From the NCBI GenBank assembly GCA_938010045.1, contig CALLFZ010000020.1, positions 38,754 through 102,753 on the forward strand: a stretch of DNA of 64,000 nucleotides, given 5' to 3'. Positions within the stretch are counted from its first letter, which is position 1; every line of letters starts with the position of its first letter. The notes under the pieces were generated by a model that saw nothing but the letters and a program-made list of their open reading frames with translations, did no database searches and was not told where the DNA came from. Position numbers and translations under genes: made by a program. The stretch is from an uncultured bacterium (GTDB taxonomy: Bacteria > Verrucomicrobiota > Kiritimatiellia > PWTM01). Positions 29,961 through 38,866 of this stretch are shown here, piece by piece.

Positions 29961-30785
29961 ATGCGCCGGTTTCGTCCTTGGTGTCTCGCGGCGGGTGCCC
30001 TCTTCGCCACGGGATGTATCGAAAGCAAAATGGTCATCCATCTGACACCCGATGGTTCGGGCACGATCATCTCAGAAGACTTCTTCTCGCCGCAGGCGAC
30101 GACGATGATGACGCAGTTCGGTGCGGCCCTGGCCGGCACGGGCACCACCGCCGCCGCCAGCGACCCTCTCGCGATATTCAAAGACCAGATTGAGCGGAAA
30201 ACGAAGGAACTCGGGGGCAGGGCCCGACTCGTGAAACAGGAGCCCGCCACGAACGCCACCGGTTGGGCCGGGTTCCGGCTCACCTACGCCTTCGACGACA
30301 TTCGGCAGGTGTCACTGCCCGTGGGTGGATCCGATGCGGAACCGGAGGATGACGACTCAAAGAAACCCGAGACGTTCCGCGTCGAATTCGAGCGCGGACG
30401 CCCAGCCGTTCTGCGCCTTCTGCCACCCTCGACCGCCGCGAAGCCGGCCGAAGCGCCGCCGACGGCGGCGCCATCGCCAGATGCGAACAACGCACAAATG
30501 GCCGCCATGATGGCGCCCATGATGGCCGGCATGCGAATGGCCATGGAGATCCGCGTGGACGGAACGATCGTGAGCGCCGAAGGCGCCGACGTCAGCGCCG
30601 ATCGCCGCAGCGTCACGTTGCTCGACGTCGCGGTGGACAAGCTGCTCGGCAACGCACAGGCGATGCAATTGATGATGAATAAGGGGTTGTCCGACTCCGA
30701 AAAAAGCCGCCAATTGAAGCAACTCAACATTGCCGGCGTGACCATCACGGATCCGAACCGGCCCATCGTCATCAAGTTTGAGTGA
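29961..30785 (+). CDS. Hypothetical lipoprotein
   Basis: MRRFRPWCLAAGALFATGC lipobox; IHLTPDGSGTI; start re-assigned to 29961. Confidence 0.8.
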   Translation: MRRFRPWCLAAGALFATGCIESKMVIHLTPDGSGTIISEDFFSPQATTMMTQFGAALAGTGTTAAASDPLAIFKDQIERKTKELGGRARLVKQEPATNATGWAGFRLTYAFDDIRQVSLPVGGSDAEPEDDDSKKPETFRVEFERGRPAVLRLLPPSTAAKPAEAPPTAAPSPDANNAQMAAMMAPMMAGMRMAMEIRVDGTIVSAEGADVSADRRSVTLLDVAVDKLLGNAQAMQLMMNKGLSDSEKSRQLKQLNIAGVTITDPNRPIVIKFE

Positions 30786-30886
30786 CGGTCCTCGCCGCAC
30801 TCGCCGACCGCGGTGAGCGCGCCCGCTCGAAAGCGGTGCGAACCGAAGGCCGGCATCCCGATCGCGTGCCCCGCAGCGATCAGCGC

Positions 30887-31042
30887 TCAGCCCCCATATT
30901 GCTCCTTGCGATTCCGAAGCGGCGTCCGCGCCCGCCGCGTGACCGGCTGGGAGCACCGCCGCAGTCGCTCCGGCACGTCGCTGACGAAGAGCTCAGGCGG
31001 ATACGTTGTGTTCGGATGGCTCATGGGGGAATTCGGAGCCAT
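30887..31042 (-). CDS. Possible small protein (51 aa)
   Basis: GGAGGGAG SD upstream of ATG; fills an otherwise empty intergenic gap; no family recognised. Confidence 0.3.
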   Translation of the reverse strand: MAPNSPMSHPNTTYPPELFVSDVPERLRRCSQPVTRRARTPLRNRKEQYGG

Positions 31043-31136
31043 GGGGGTGCTCCCTCCGTCACAAGTCTGCCGGAACCACAGCCGGCTCTGCCGCAGCGCC
31101 CAAAGCTCGCGGCCGCGCCAACGGCCGCCGGCGGTC

Positions 31137-32378
31137 TTAGGCTCGTAGGGGACCGACGGTGAGGCCGTCGACGATGTTGAGCTCATGCACCGCGAACCGG
31201 CCGGCATACGCCGGGTGGCACAACGGATACGCGCGCTCCACGGCGCGGCGCAGTCGCGGCACGGCGGCGGCGAGCACCAGCGCGCCGGCCGCCCCCTTGT
31301 CGCCGCCGCCGAGCATCCGCTCGCCCAGCACGCCGGGCACGGTGCGCGCAAGGTCGCACATGGTCTCGAGCTCGCGGCCGGAAATCTCGTAGTCGTCGCG
31401 CAGACCGTGTCCGTCGGCCCGCATCACCGCACCGACCGTGGCGAGATCCCCCGCCCGCCAGGCGCGGACCATGCGAGTGAAGCGGCGCTGCGCCTCGTAG
31501 ATGTACTTCAGGCGGCGGCAATGGGCGGGATGGCTCTCGCCGAACCGCGCGAGGATCGCCCGGTACAACTCGGGGCTCCGGACGTCGGCGAGACAACGAA
31601 TCCCGAACTCCGGTGCCGCGAGGGAAACCAGCTCCTCGCACTCGGCGCGCCGGATCCGATAGGTGGACGTTTCGAGGCCCGGCCGCTCGGTCCCCGTATC
31701 GAGGCTCACGAGCCGAAAGGCCGGCGCGCCCGCTCCGATCGGAATGTGCCGCACCGACCGGCGTGCCGGCGAATAGTACGTGCCCATGCCGGCCTTGGCG
31801 AAGAGGATCATGATCTGGTCCAGATTGCCACACGGGGAACCGATGTAGTCGTTCTCCACCGCCTGCGCCATGTCCACGATGCGCATCGGATCCGGCGGCG
31901 GGACGCCGTTCACTTCGAGCACCGTCAGCAACAGATTCAATGTGAGCGACGCCGACCGCGACATGCCGCCGCCGGGGATGTTCCCGAGCAATACGCCGTC
32001 GAATCCGCGCGCGACGGGAATCCCCTCCCGGCGCAGCACCCACGCGACGCCGTACGGGAAGCGCGCCCAGGCATCCCGCACGGTCTTCGGCGGAGGCACT
32101 TCGGCGCCACGGATCTCGATGATTCCATCCCGCGGAAAGTTGCCGCTGAACAGGCGGATTCGAGCGGTGCCGTTCGGCCGATACGCGAGCCAGATGAACC
32201 GGTCGGTTCCCACGCCGAATAGATCCGTCCCGTTGTAATCGCCATGCTCGACGCCGAGGCAGAATCGCGACGACGATCGCCGCACGCGCCCGTTCTCGAT
32301 CCGCAGACCCACACGGCGTGCGAACACCTGGAGCGCCGCCGAGGCTTGCCGGTCCGTTCGAACGTCCCCCACACGCAT
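31137..32378 (-). CDS. Galactokinase-like GHMP kinase (atypical motifs)
   Basis: GVEHGDYNG, PGGGMSRSAS, ENDYIGSPCGNLDQ, LRDDYEISG, GERMLGGG. Confidence 0.85.
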   Translation of the reverse strand: MRVGDVRTDRQASAALQVFARRVGLRIENGRVRRSSSRFCLGVEHGDYNGTDLFGVGTDRFIWLAYRPNGTARIRLFSGNFPRDGIIEIRGAEVPPPKTVRDAWARFPYGVAWVLRREGIPVARGFDGVLLGNIPGGGMSRSASLTLNLLLTVLEVNGVPPPDPMRIVDMAQAVENDYIGSPCGNLDQIMILFAKAGMGTYYSPARRSVRHIPIGAGAPAFRLVSLDTGTERPGLETSTYRIRRAECEELVSLAAPEFGIRCLADVRSPELYRAILARFGESHPAHCRRLKYIYEAQRRFTRMVRAWRAGDLATVGAVMRADGHGLRDDYEISGRELETMCDLARTVPGVLGERMLGGGDKGAAGALVLAAAVPRLRRAVERAYPLCHPAYAGRFAVHELNIVDGLTVGPLRA

Positions 32379-32385
32379 GGTCGCC

Positions 32386-34203
32386 TCACCAAAACGCGAC
32401 ATAGAGCGCCAGCGTCACGACCACGACGAGGCCGCCGAAGGCCATCGCGCCACGCGAGGAGGTCACGTCCACACGCCCACTGGCCTTGAACTCCACCGGC
32501 TGCGGCAACGGGCGGGCCCAGCCGATCGCCTGCATCACGGTCATCACCGCGAAGAAGCAGATGGCCATCCGGTCGAGGAACGCGATGCCCGGCCACCGCC
32601 AGGCGATGAGACCATAGAGCAGCGGATTGAGCAGCAGGCCGACCACGCCCGCAACGCCCGGCGCCCGCCGATTGAGCAGCCCGAAGACAAACACCGCGAG
32701 AATGCCAGGCGACACGTAGCCCTGAAACTCCTGGATGTACTTGAAAATGCCGCCGAACCGGGGGTCGTCGAGCAGCGGCGAGATGATGCCGCCGATCACA
32801 ACAAACACCCCGACGCAGATCCGGCCCACCAGCACGAGCAGTCGCTGCGACGCATCGCGCTTCAGGTACTTCGCGAAGACGTCCATCGTGAAGATCGTCG
32901 AAGCGGCGTTGAGCACCGCCGCCAGCGAGCTTACGATCGCGCCCAGCATCGCGGCCAGCACAAAGCCCATGATGCCGCGGTTGCGGGGCACCAGCCGGCC
33001 GATCAGCAACGCGAGCGCCGAGTCGTGCTTGTGCGGCTGCGGTCGCCGCACCGTCGGCGCGCGCCCCGCCGCCGCCGCCCGTGCGCGCGCGGCCGCGTTG
33101 TGCGTCGCGATGCGGTCGGCCAGCGCCGCCAGCTTTGGACGCGCGGCGGCGTCTTCGGGAAGCTCGAACACATCGGTCGAGGCGGCCGAAGCGCTCGCGC
33201 TTTCGAAGAGCCGCACGAAGTCATCCTCCGCCCGCGCGGCCATCTCGCCACTGAAGAGGTTGAAGGCGGCCATGCCCGGAAACACGATGATGAACGGGAT
33301 TAGCAACTTCAGCGCGGCCGCGAAGACAATGCCCTTCTGGCCCTCCCGCAACGACGCCGAACCGAGCACGCGCTGCGTGATGTACTGGTTCAGCCCCCAA
33401 TAGTAGAAGTTCGGAATCCAGAGCCCGACGACGAGCGCAGTCCATGGGATGTTGAGGTCGGTGCGCGGCAGCACCATGTGAAGCTTGGGGCGGTTGATCG
33501 CGAGGAGCCGCGCCCACCCGCCGTCGGGGAGCGACGCCACCGCCGCGCCAGTCCCGTCCACGAGCTCCGCGGGCGCCGCGGCGCCGAGCCGTCGCAGCAC
33601 GAAGAACAGGATCGCGGCGCCGCCCAGCACCAGCGCGCTGCCCTGGATCAGGTCCGCCCAGGCGCAGGCCTTCAACCCTCCGAACGCCACGTACGCGGCC
33701 GCCATGAGCCCCATGAGCCAGCACGCGGCGGTCAGCGAGATCGCATAGCCGTTGTCCCGCAGCAGATCCCGCATCGTCAGCGCCCCCGCATAGATCACGC
33801 CGGACAGGCTGACGCCGATCAGGATCACCATCATGAAGACCGCCATCACGAGCCGCGCCCAGTGGTTGTATCGGTGCTCGAGAAACTCGGGAATGGTGTA
33901 GATGCCGGCGCGCAGAAAATACGGTAGGAACGCGAACGCAACGACCACCAGCGTCACCGCCGCCATCCACTCGTAGCTCGCGATCGCGATGCCGAGGTAG
34001 TTCGCGGCGCTGCCCGACATGCCGACGAACTGCTCCGCAGAGATGTTGGCGGCAATCAGCGAGATCCCGATCAGCCACCACGTCAGTCCTCGTCCCGCCA
34101 AAAAGTATGACTCGCTGTCCTCCTCGTGCCGGGATTTCAGCATGCCGACGGAAAGCACCACCGCGATGAACCCGATGAACACAACAAAATCTAGCGCACC
34201 CAT
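32386..34203 (-). CDS. Sodium:solute symporter (SSS, vSGLT-like sugar transporter)
   Basis: YFLAGRGL, SLIAANISAEQFVGMSG, IASYEW, NFYYWGLNQYITQR. Confidence 0.93.
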   Translation of the reverse strand: MGALDFVVFIGFIAVVLSVGMLKSRHEEDSESYFLAGRGLTWWLIGISLIAANISAEQFVGMSGSAANYLGIAIASYEWMAAVTLVVVAFAFLPYFLRAGIYTIPEFLEHRYNHWARLVMAVFMMVILIGVSLSGVIYAGALTMRDLLRDNGYAISLTAACWLMGLMAAAYVAFGGLKACAWADLIQGSALVLGGAAILFFVLRRLGAAAPAELVDGTGAAVASLPDGGWARLLAINRPKLHMVLPRTDLNIPWTALVVGLWIPNFYYWGLNQYITQRVLGSASLREGQKGIVFAAALKLLIPFIIVFPGMAAFNLFSGEMAARAEDDFVRLFESASASAASTDVFELPEDAAARPKLAALADRIATHNAAARARAAAAGRAPTVRRPQPHKHDSALALLIGRLVPRNRGIMGFVLAAMLGAIVSSLAAVLNAASTIFTMDVFAKYLKRDASQRLLVLVGRICVGVFVVIGGIISPLLDDPRFGGIFKYIQEFQGYVSPGILAVFVFGLLNRRAPGVAGVVGLLLNPLLYGLIAWRWPGIAFLDRMAICFFAVMTVMQAIGWARPLPQPVEFKASGRVDVTSSRGAMAFGGLVVVVTLALYVAFW

Positions 34204-34337
34204 CGTGTCACCTCCCGCGACGCCGCGGCACGGTCATCGTTGCGCGCACTATATCGATCAGCGTGCCAAGGCGGCAAGCGGACATCCTCGAGCTCATGCC
34301 GCGCGTCCCTCGCCGACGGGCACCCGACCGACTCCGC

Positions 34338-35252
34338 TCATTCGGGCGCGCCGCCCTGCGCCCGGGCACGGTACTCGGAGGGGGATAGGCCTGTTTTCGC
34401 GCGAAAGACCCGCGAGAAATAGTGGACGCCGCTCATGCCGATACGCGCCGCCACCTCGGAAATGGGCAGCGAGGTGGCGCGCAGCAGCTCCTGAGCGCGG
34501 TTGATCCGAATCTGCAAATGGTACTGTGCGGGCGAGAATCCCGTGTCGGCCCGAAACTTGCGGCGAAACCACGAGTAGCTCACGTGAAGCTCGCGGGCGA
34601 GTTGCCGCATGTCGAGATCACGGTCCATGCACTCCACCATGCGCGCGCGCGCCTTCAGCACCGCTTCGCCGATTTCGTTGCCCGACAGCTCCCGTCGCCG
34701 CTCCTCCACATCGGCCCGGGCGAGCGCCTCGTGGATCCAGGCGGCGATCAACGTGCGGCTGCCGTATCTCTCCTCCCGCAGCTCGTCGAGAATCTTCTCG
34801 TAGACGTCCACGAGCGCGCGGCCCACGCCCGGTTCGCGAATCGGCCGCGCCGCCGAAAATCCATACCGCGCCACGATCGCAGCCGCCTGCACGCCAGAAA
34901 ACGCCAGCCAATATTCGTCCCACCCCGTCGCCCGCGCCGGCGTGTAGCGGTGCCACACGCCGGGGAACAACGCCCAGATGTGACCCGCATCGACGCGGCG
35001 GCGCCCTGTCTCGCGCGACTCGAACCACCCCCCTCCCCGAGTGAGATACACCAGTTGATACTCGTCCAGCACCCGTCCGCGCCGCCACGTGAAGTGGTGG
35101 TCGCTCGGATGCTGTGTCGGCGGATACGGATGGCCCGCCGGCACACTGGCAAAACCACACCCGATCACATACACCGGCCAGCGCCGCATGTCGGCGCTGA
35201 TGGGCAGGTACCGATGCCAAAACCGAGCCGCAGGCACCGTCATCGGAATCAC
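34338..35252 (-). CDS. AraC-family transcriptional regulator
   Basis: Cupin N-domain (GRVLDEYQLVY); HTH SYSWFRRKF...YFSRVFRAKTGLSP. Confidence 0.92.
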   Translation of the reverse strand: MIPMTVPAARFWHRYLPISADMRRWPVYVIGCGFASVPAGHPYPPTQHPSDHHFTWRRGRVLDEYQLVYLTRGGGWFESRETGRRRVDAGHIWALFPGVWHRYTPARATGWDEYWLAFSGVQAAAIVARYGFSAARPIREPGVGRALVDVYEKILDELREERYGSRTLIAAWIHEALARADVEERRRELSGNEIGEAVLKARARMVECMDRDLDMRQLARELHVSYSWFRRKFRADTGFSPAQYHLQIRINRAQELLRATSLPISEVAARIGMSGVHYFSRVFRAKTGLSPSEYRARAQGGAPE

Positions 35253-35330
35253 TATGCGCCAAACTGATCTTCATGTCCATTGCGGCACAGCCCGCGCCGC
35301 GCCATACTGAACAACGAAGGATGGCTCGCC

Positions 35331-36419
35331 ATGAACGAAGTGTCGATGCCCAGCGCAGGGCTGAATGCGATCGTTGAGCTGTCGCACGAGTTCGGCACAC
35401 CCGACTACGTCCGCGGCGGCGGCGGCAACACCTCGGTGAAAACCGCCGACACGATCTGGGTGAAGCCCTCCGGCACCACGCTCGCCGGTCTCACCGCCGA
35501 CCGCCTCGTCCCGATGGACCGCGCCCGGCTTCAACGACTGTACGAGCTGACGCCCCCCGCGGAGGCCGCCGCCCGCGAAGCGTTGGTGCGCGACGAAATG
35601 GCGTCCGCCGTCCGCCCCGGCACCACCGGCCGCCCCTCCGTCGAAGCGCCCCTGCACGACACCTTCACGCGACGCTTCGTCGTCCACACCCACCCGGCCC
35701 TGCTCAACGGCCTGACCTGCGCCCGAGACGGTGAAGCCGCGGCGCGCGAGCTGTTCCCGGAGGCGATGTGGGTGCCCTACGTGGATCCCGGCTACACGCT
35801 GTGCATGGAGATTCGCCGCCGGCTGAGCGCGGTCCGCGGCACGCCGCAGGAACCGAGCCTCGTGCTGCTGCAAAACCACGGCGTCTTCGTCGCCGCCGAC
35901 ACACCCGACGAGATCCGGGGGCTGTACCGGCATCTCATGGACACGCTGCGCATGGCCTACGAACATCGCGGTGTACGGCCGGTCTGGATCCCGCCGCCGC
36001 CGATCGCGCCCTCCGAAGCCGATGCGCTCCGCGCCGCCCTCCGCGACGCGTTGGGCCCCGACGGCGACGCCTCAGTGATCGCTGGCCGCTTCGAGGTCGC
36101 GGCCGGCCCGATCTCGCCCGACCATATCGTCTACGCGCGTTCCTTCCCGATGACCGGTCCCGTCACCGCCGCCAACGCCGCGGTCTACCGTGCGCAACAC
36201 GGGTTCCCGCCCCGAGTCGTCGTGACACCCACCGCCGTGGCGGGCATCGGTCCCAAGCCCCGAGTCGCAGAGCTCGCCATGGAACTGGCGCAGGATGGGG
36301 CATTTGTCGTGCGACTGACGGCCGCCTTTGGCGGCCCGCGCTACCTGGATGACGCCGCCCGCCGTTTCATCGAGCAGTGGGAGGTCGAGTCTTACCGCCA
36401 GAGTGTCGCCGCACAGTAA
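35331..36419 (+). CDS. Class II aldolase/adducin-family protein (RhaD-like domain, no fused SDR)
   Basis: GGGGNTSVK, RPSVEAPLH, VVHTHP, YVDPG, LQNHG, WEVESYR. Confidence 0.88.
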   Translation: MNEVSMPSAGLNAIVELSHEFGTPDYVRGGGGNTSVKTADTIWVKPSGTTLAGLTADRLVPMDRARLQRLYELTPPAEAAAREALVRDEMASAVRPGTTGRPSVEAPLHDTFTRRFVVHTHPALLNGLTCARDGEAAARELFPEAMWVPYVDPGYTLCMEIRRRLSAVRGTPQEPSLVLLQNHGVFVAADTPDEIRGLYRHLMDTLRMAYEHRGVRPVWIPPPPIAPSEADALRAALRDALGPDGDASVIAGRFEVAAGPISPDHIVYARSFPMTGPVTAANAAVYRAQHGFPPRVVVTPTAVAGIGPKPRVAELAMELAQDGAFVVRLTAAFGGPRYLDDAARRFIEQWEVESYRQSVAAQ

Positions 36420-37414
36420 CGCGGCGGGCCGGCGAGGCCGAGCGACTCTCCTCCCAGCGTTGGACGCTCAACCGCCGGCGCCGTCCATGGCTTGGACCGA
36501 ATCCCCGTGACCTCGTCCAATGCGGGGACCCCTCCCCCTGGGCGAGAGGTCGCGCGCCCGACCTGCGAGGCGCCCGCGGTCCAGCCCCACGCGCGGCGAC
36601 GAAGTTCGCGCGGCGGCATCGCGAACAGCCGCCGTACACACCGCGAAAAATGGAAGGGGTTCGCAAACCCACACCGCTCGGCGACCTCCGCCACCGAAAG
36701 GCCCGTCTCGGCGAGCATCGCGGCGCCGCGTTCGATCCGCAGCCGCCAGAGGTATCGGGCCGGCGTGAGGCCGGTCGCGCTCCGAAACTTGTAGATCAGC
36801 GCATTGGCCGAGCAGCACGCCGCCCGCCGCGCACCATCGAGGCAGTCGGTTTCGGCCAGGTGCGTTTCCATATGGTGGATCGCTCGAATGACACATGGAT
36901 CCACCTCCGGCGCCGCGGTCGCATCGCGCCCCAGCCGCGCATACTCCGCGAGCACCGCGCGGCCGAGCGCCTCCACTGCCCAGCGTGCCGCCTCGTGGCG
37001 GGGCGGCGGCATCGCGAACGCGGCCGCAAACATCCGCTCCAGCGTCGCCGACATCGCCACGGCCCGCCGCGTATCTTCTTCCAGCGCGCGACGCAGCCTT
37101 GTCGGCACCACTGAGGGCGCGACAGCACACCATGAGTGATGGGTCGGGGTCGTGACCGAGAACCGGAACCACTCTCGATGGCCAGGCGTGAAGAGATGCA
37201 CCGCGCCCGGCGCGAGCTGTCGCACCGCCCCGTCCACCCGCACCTCGCACGAGCCGCTATGCAGAACCACGAGCTGATAGTCGCGCTGGACCCTCGGGCC
37301 GCAGTAGCCCCCCGGCAGATACCGCACCTGGCCAAACGACACCGTCCGTGTCCGCACGCCGCGGCGATCCCATGCCACACCCAGGCCGTCGTCGTTGGGG
37401 CGCAGTCGTTCCAT
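36392..37414 (-). CDS. AraC-family transcriptional regulator with repeat-derived C-terminal extension
   Basis: GPRVQRDYQLV cupin; GFANPFHFSR HTH; ~60 aa tail reads through repeats and overlaps the aldolase stop. Confidence 0.88.
   Translation of the reverse strand: MERLRPNDDGLGVAWDRRGVRTRTVSFGQVRYLPGGYCGPRVQRDYQLVVLHSGSCEVRVDGAVRQLAPGAVHLFTPGHREWFRFSVTTPTHHSWCAVAPSVVPTRLRRALEEDTRRAVAMSATLERMFAAAFAMPPPRHEAARWAVEALGRAVLAEYARLGRDATAAPEVDPCVIRAIHHMETHLAETDCLDGARRAACCSANALIYKFRSATGLTPARYLWRLRIERGAAMLAETGLSVAEVAERCGFANPFHFSRCVRRLFAMPPRELRRRAWGWTAGASQVGRATSRPGGGVPALDEVTGIRSKPWTAPAVERPTLGGESLGLAGPPRYCAATLWR
36452..36528. repeat. Three degenerate TCCAA-N3-TTGGA units at exactly 32-nt period
   Basis: tcccagcgttgga (36452), tccatggcttgga (36484), tccaatgcgggga (36516). 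Confidence 0.6.
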
Positions 37415-37552
37415 CTACGCCACGCATCCTGCGCGAACGGGGCGCCGGCCGCAAGCTCGGCGTGTGGCTCCGGATATGTTTTTTGTGCGCGCGGTCATGG
37501 ACCGGCCAACGGCTAGCCCGGAGAATCGCCAGCGCAGGAGATCGGGAACGTC

Positions 37553-38818
37553 ATGAACCATCGTGAACGCGTGCTCTGCGCGCTCGACCACCGCGAACCC
37601 GACCGCGTACCGGTGGACCTCGGGGCGACCGCCGTGACCGGCATCCACGTCTCGGCACTCGGCCGTCTGCGCCGCGCCGTGCTCGGCCCCTCCGCCGCCG
37701 CCTCTCCCCTTCGCGTACACGAGCCCTACCAAATGCTCGGTCTCGTGGATCGCGAAGTGCGCGACGCGCTCGGGTTGGACGTCGTCGGGGTCACCCCCCG
37801 CCGCACGATGTTCGGCTTCGAATGCCGCGATTGGAAGCCCCTCACGCTGTTCGATGGCACCGAATGCGAAGTGCCCGGCGGCTTCGAGATCTCGATCACC
37901 GACGAAGGCGATTGGCTCATCCACCCCGAGGGCGACCGGTCCGCCCCACCGAGCGCGCGCATGCCCGCCGGGGGCTATTTCTTCGACGCGATCATTCGAC
38001 AGCCGCCGCTCGACGAATCACACCTCGATCCCGCCGAGAACACCGAAGAATTCGCGGACCTTTCCGAGGACGACTTGGCGTGGTACGAAGCCGAGGCCCG
38101 TCGCCTCGCCGCAGAGGGACGGGCCGTCGTGCTCTCCATGCCCGGCACCGCTTTCGGCGACATCGCGCTCGTGCCAGCTCCCTGGATGAAGTACCCGCGC
38201 GGCATTCGCGACGTCGAAGAGTGGTATGTCTCACTCGCGGCGCGTCCGGCCTATGTGCGCGCTGTGTTTGACCGCCAGCTCGAGGTCGCCCGTCGCAACC
38301 TCGAGCGGATGATCGCGCGACTCGGAGATCTCGTCGACGTCGTGCTGCTGACCGGCACGGACTTCGGCGAGCAACGAGGCCTCTTCATTTCGCCGCACAT
38401 GTACCGCGAGCTGTTCCGCCCGTACCACCTCGAGATCAATCGCCTCGTCCACGAGCGCAGCCGTTGGAAGACGATGATCCACTCCTGCGGCTCCGTGTTC
38501 GACCTTCTCCCCGACTTCATCGAGGCGGGGTTCGACATCCTGACGCCCGTCCAGTGCTCCGCCGCAAACATGAACCCGCGCGATCTCAAGCGCGAGTTCG
38601 GGCGCCAGCTGGTGTTCTGGGGCGGCGGTGTGAACACGCAGCACACGCTGCCCTTTGGCACGCCCGAGGAGGTGTATCGGGAAGTCCGCGAACGGATCGA
38701 GGTGTTTCGCGAGGGTGGCGGCTTCGTCTTCAACACCATCCACAACATTCAGGGCAACACGCCTACCGAGAACATGCTCGCGATGTTCCGCGCAATTCGG
38801 GACAGCGCGCGCGGCTGA
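37553..38818 (+). CDS. Uroporphyrinogen decarboxylase-family (MtaA/CmuA methyltransferase-like) protein
   Basis: HREPDRVPVDLG, GTDFGEQ, HSCGS, FWGGGVNTQ, FVFNTIHNIQ. Confidence 0.9.
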   Translation: MNHRERVLCALDHREPDRVPVDLGATAVTGIHVSALGRLRRAVLGPSAAASPLRVHEPYQMLGLVDREVRDALGLDVVGVTPRRTMFGFECRDWKPLTLFDGTECEVPGGFEISITDEGDWLIHPEGDRSAPPSARMPAGGYFFDAIIRQPPLDESHLDPAENTEEFADLSEDDLAWYEAEARRLAAEGRAVVLSMPGTAFGDIALVPAPWMKYPRGIRDVEEWYVSLAARPAYVRAVFDRQLEVARRNLERMIARLGDLVDVVLLTGTDFGEQRGLFISPHMYRELFRPYHLEINRLVHERSRWKTMIHSCGSVFDLLPDFIEAGFDILTPVQCSAANMNPRDLKREFGRQLVFWGGGVNTQHTLPFGTPEEVYREVRERIEVFREGGGFVFNTIHNIQGNTPTENMLAMFRAIRDSARG

Positions 38819-38866
38819 CGCGCGCCGCGGGGTGTTCCGTGGACGGACCATGCAGGAGGACCAGAG

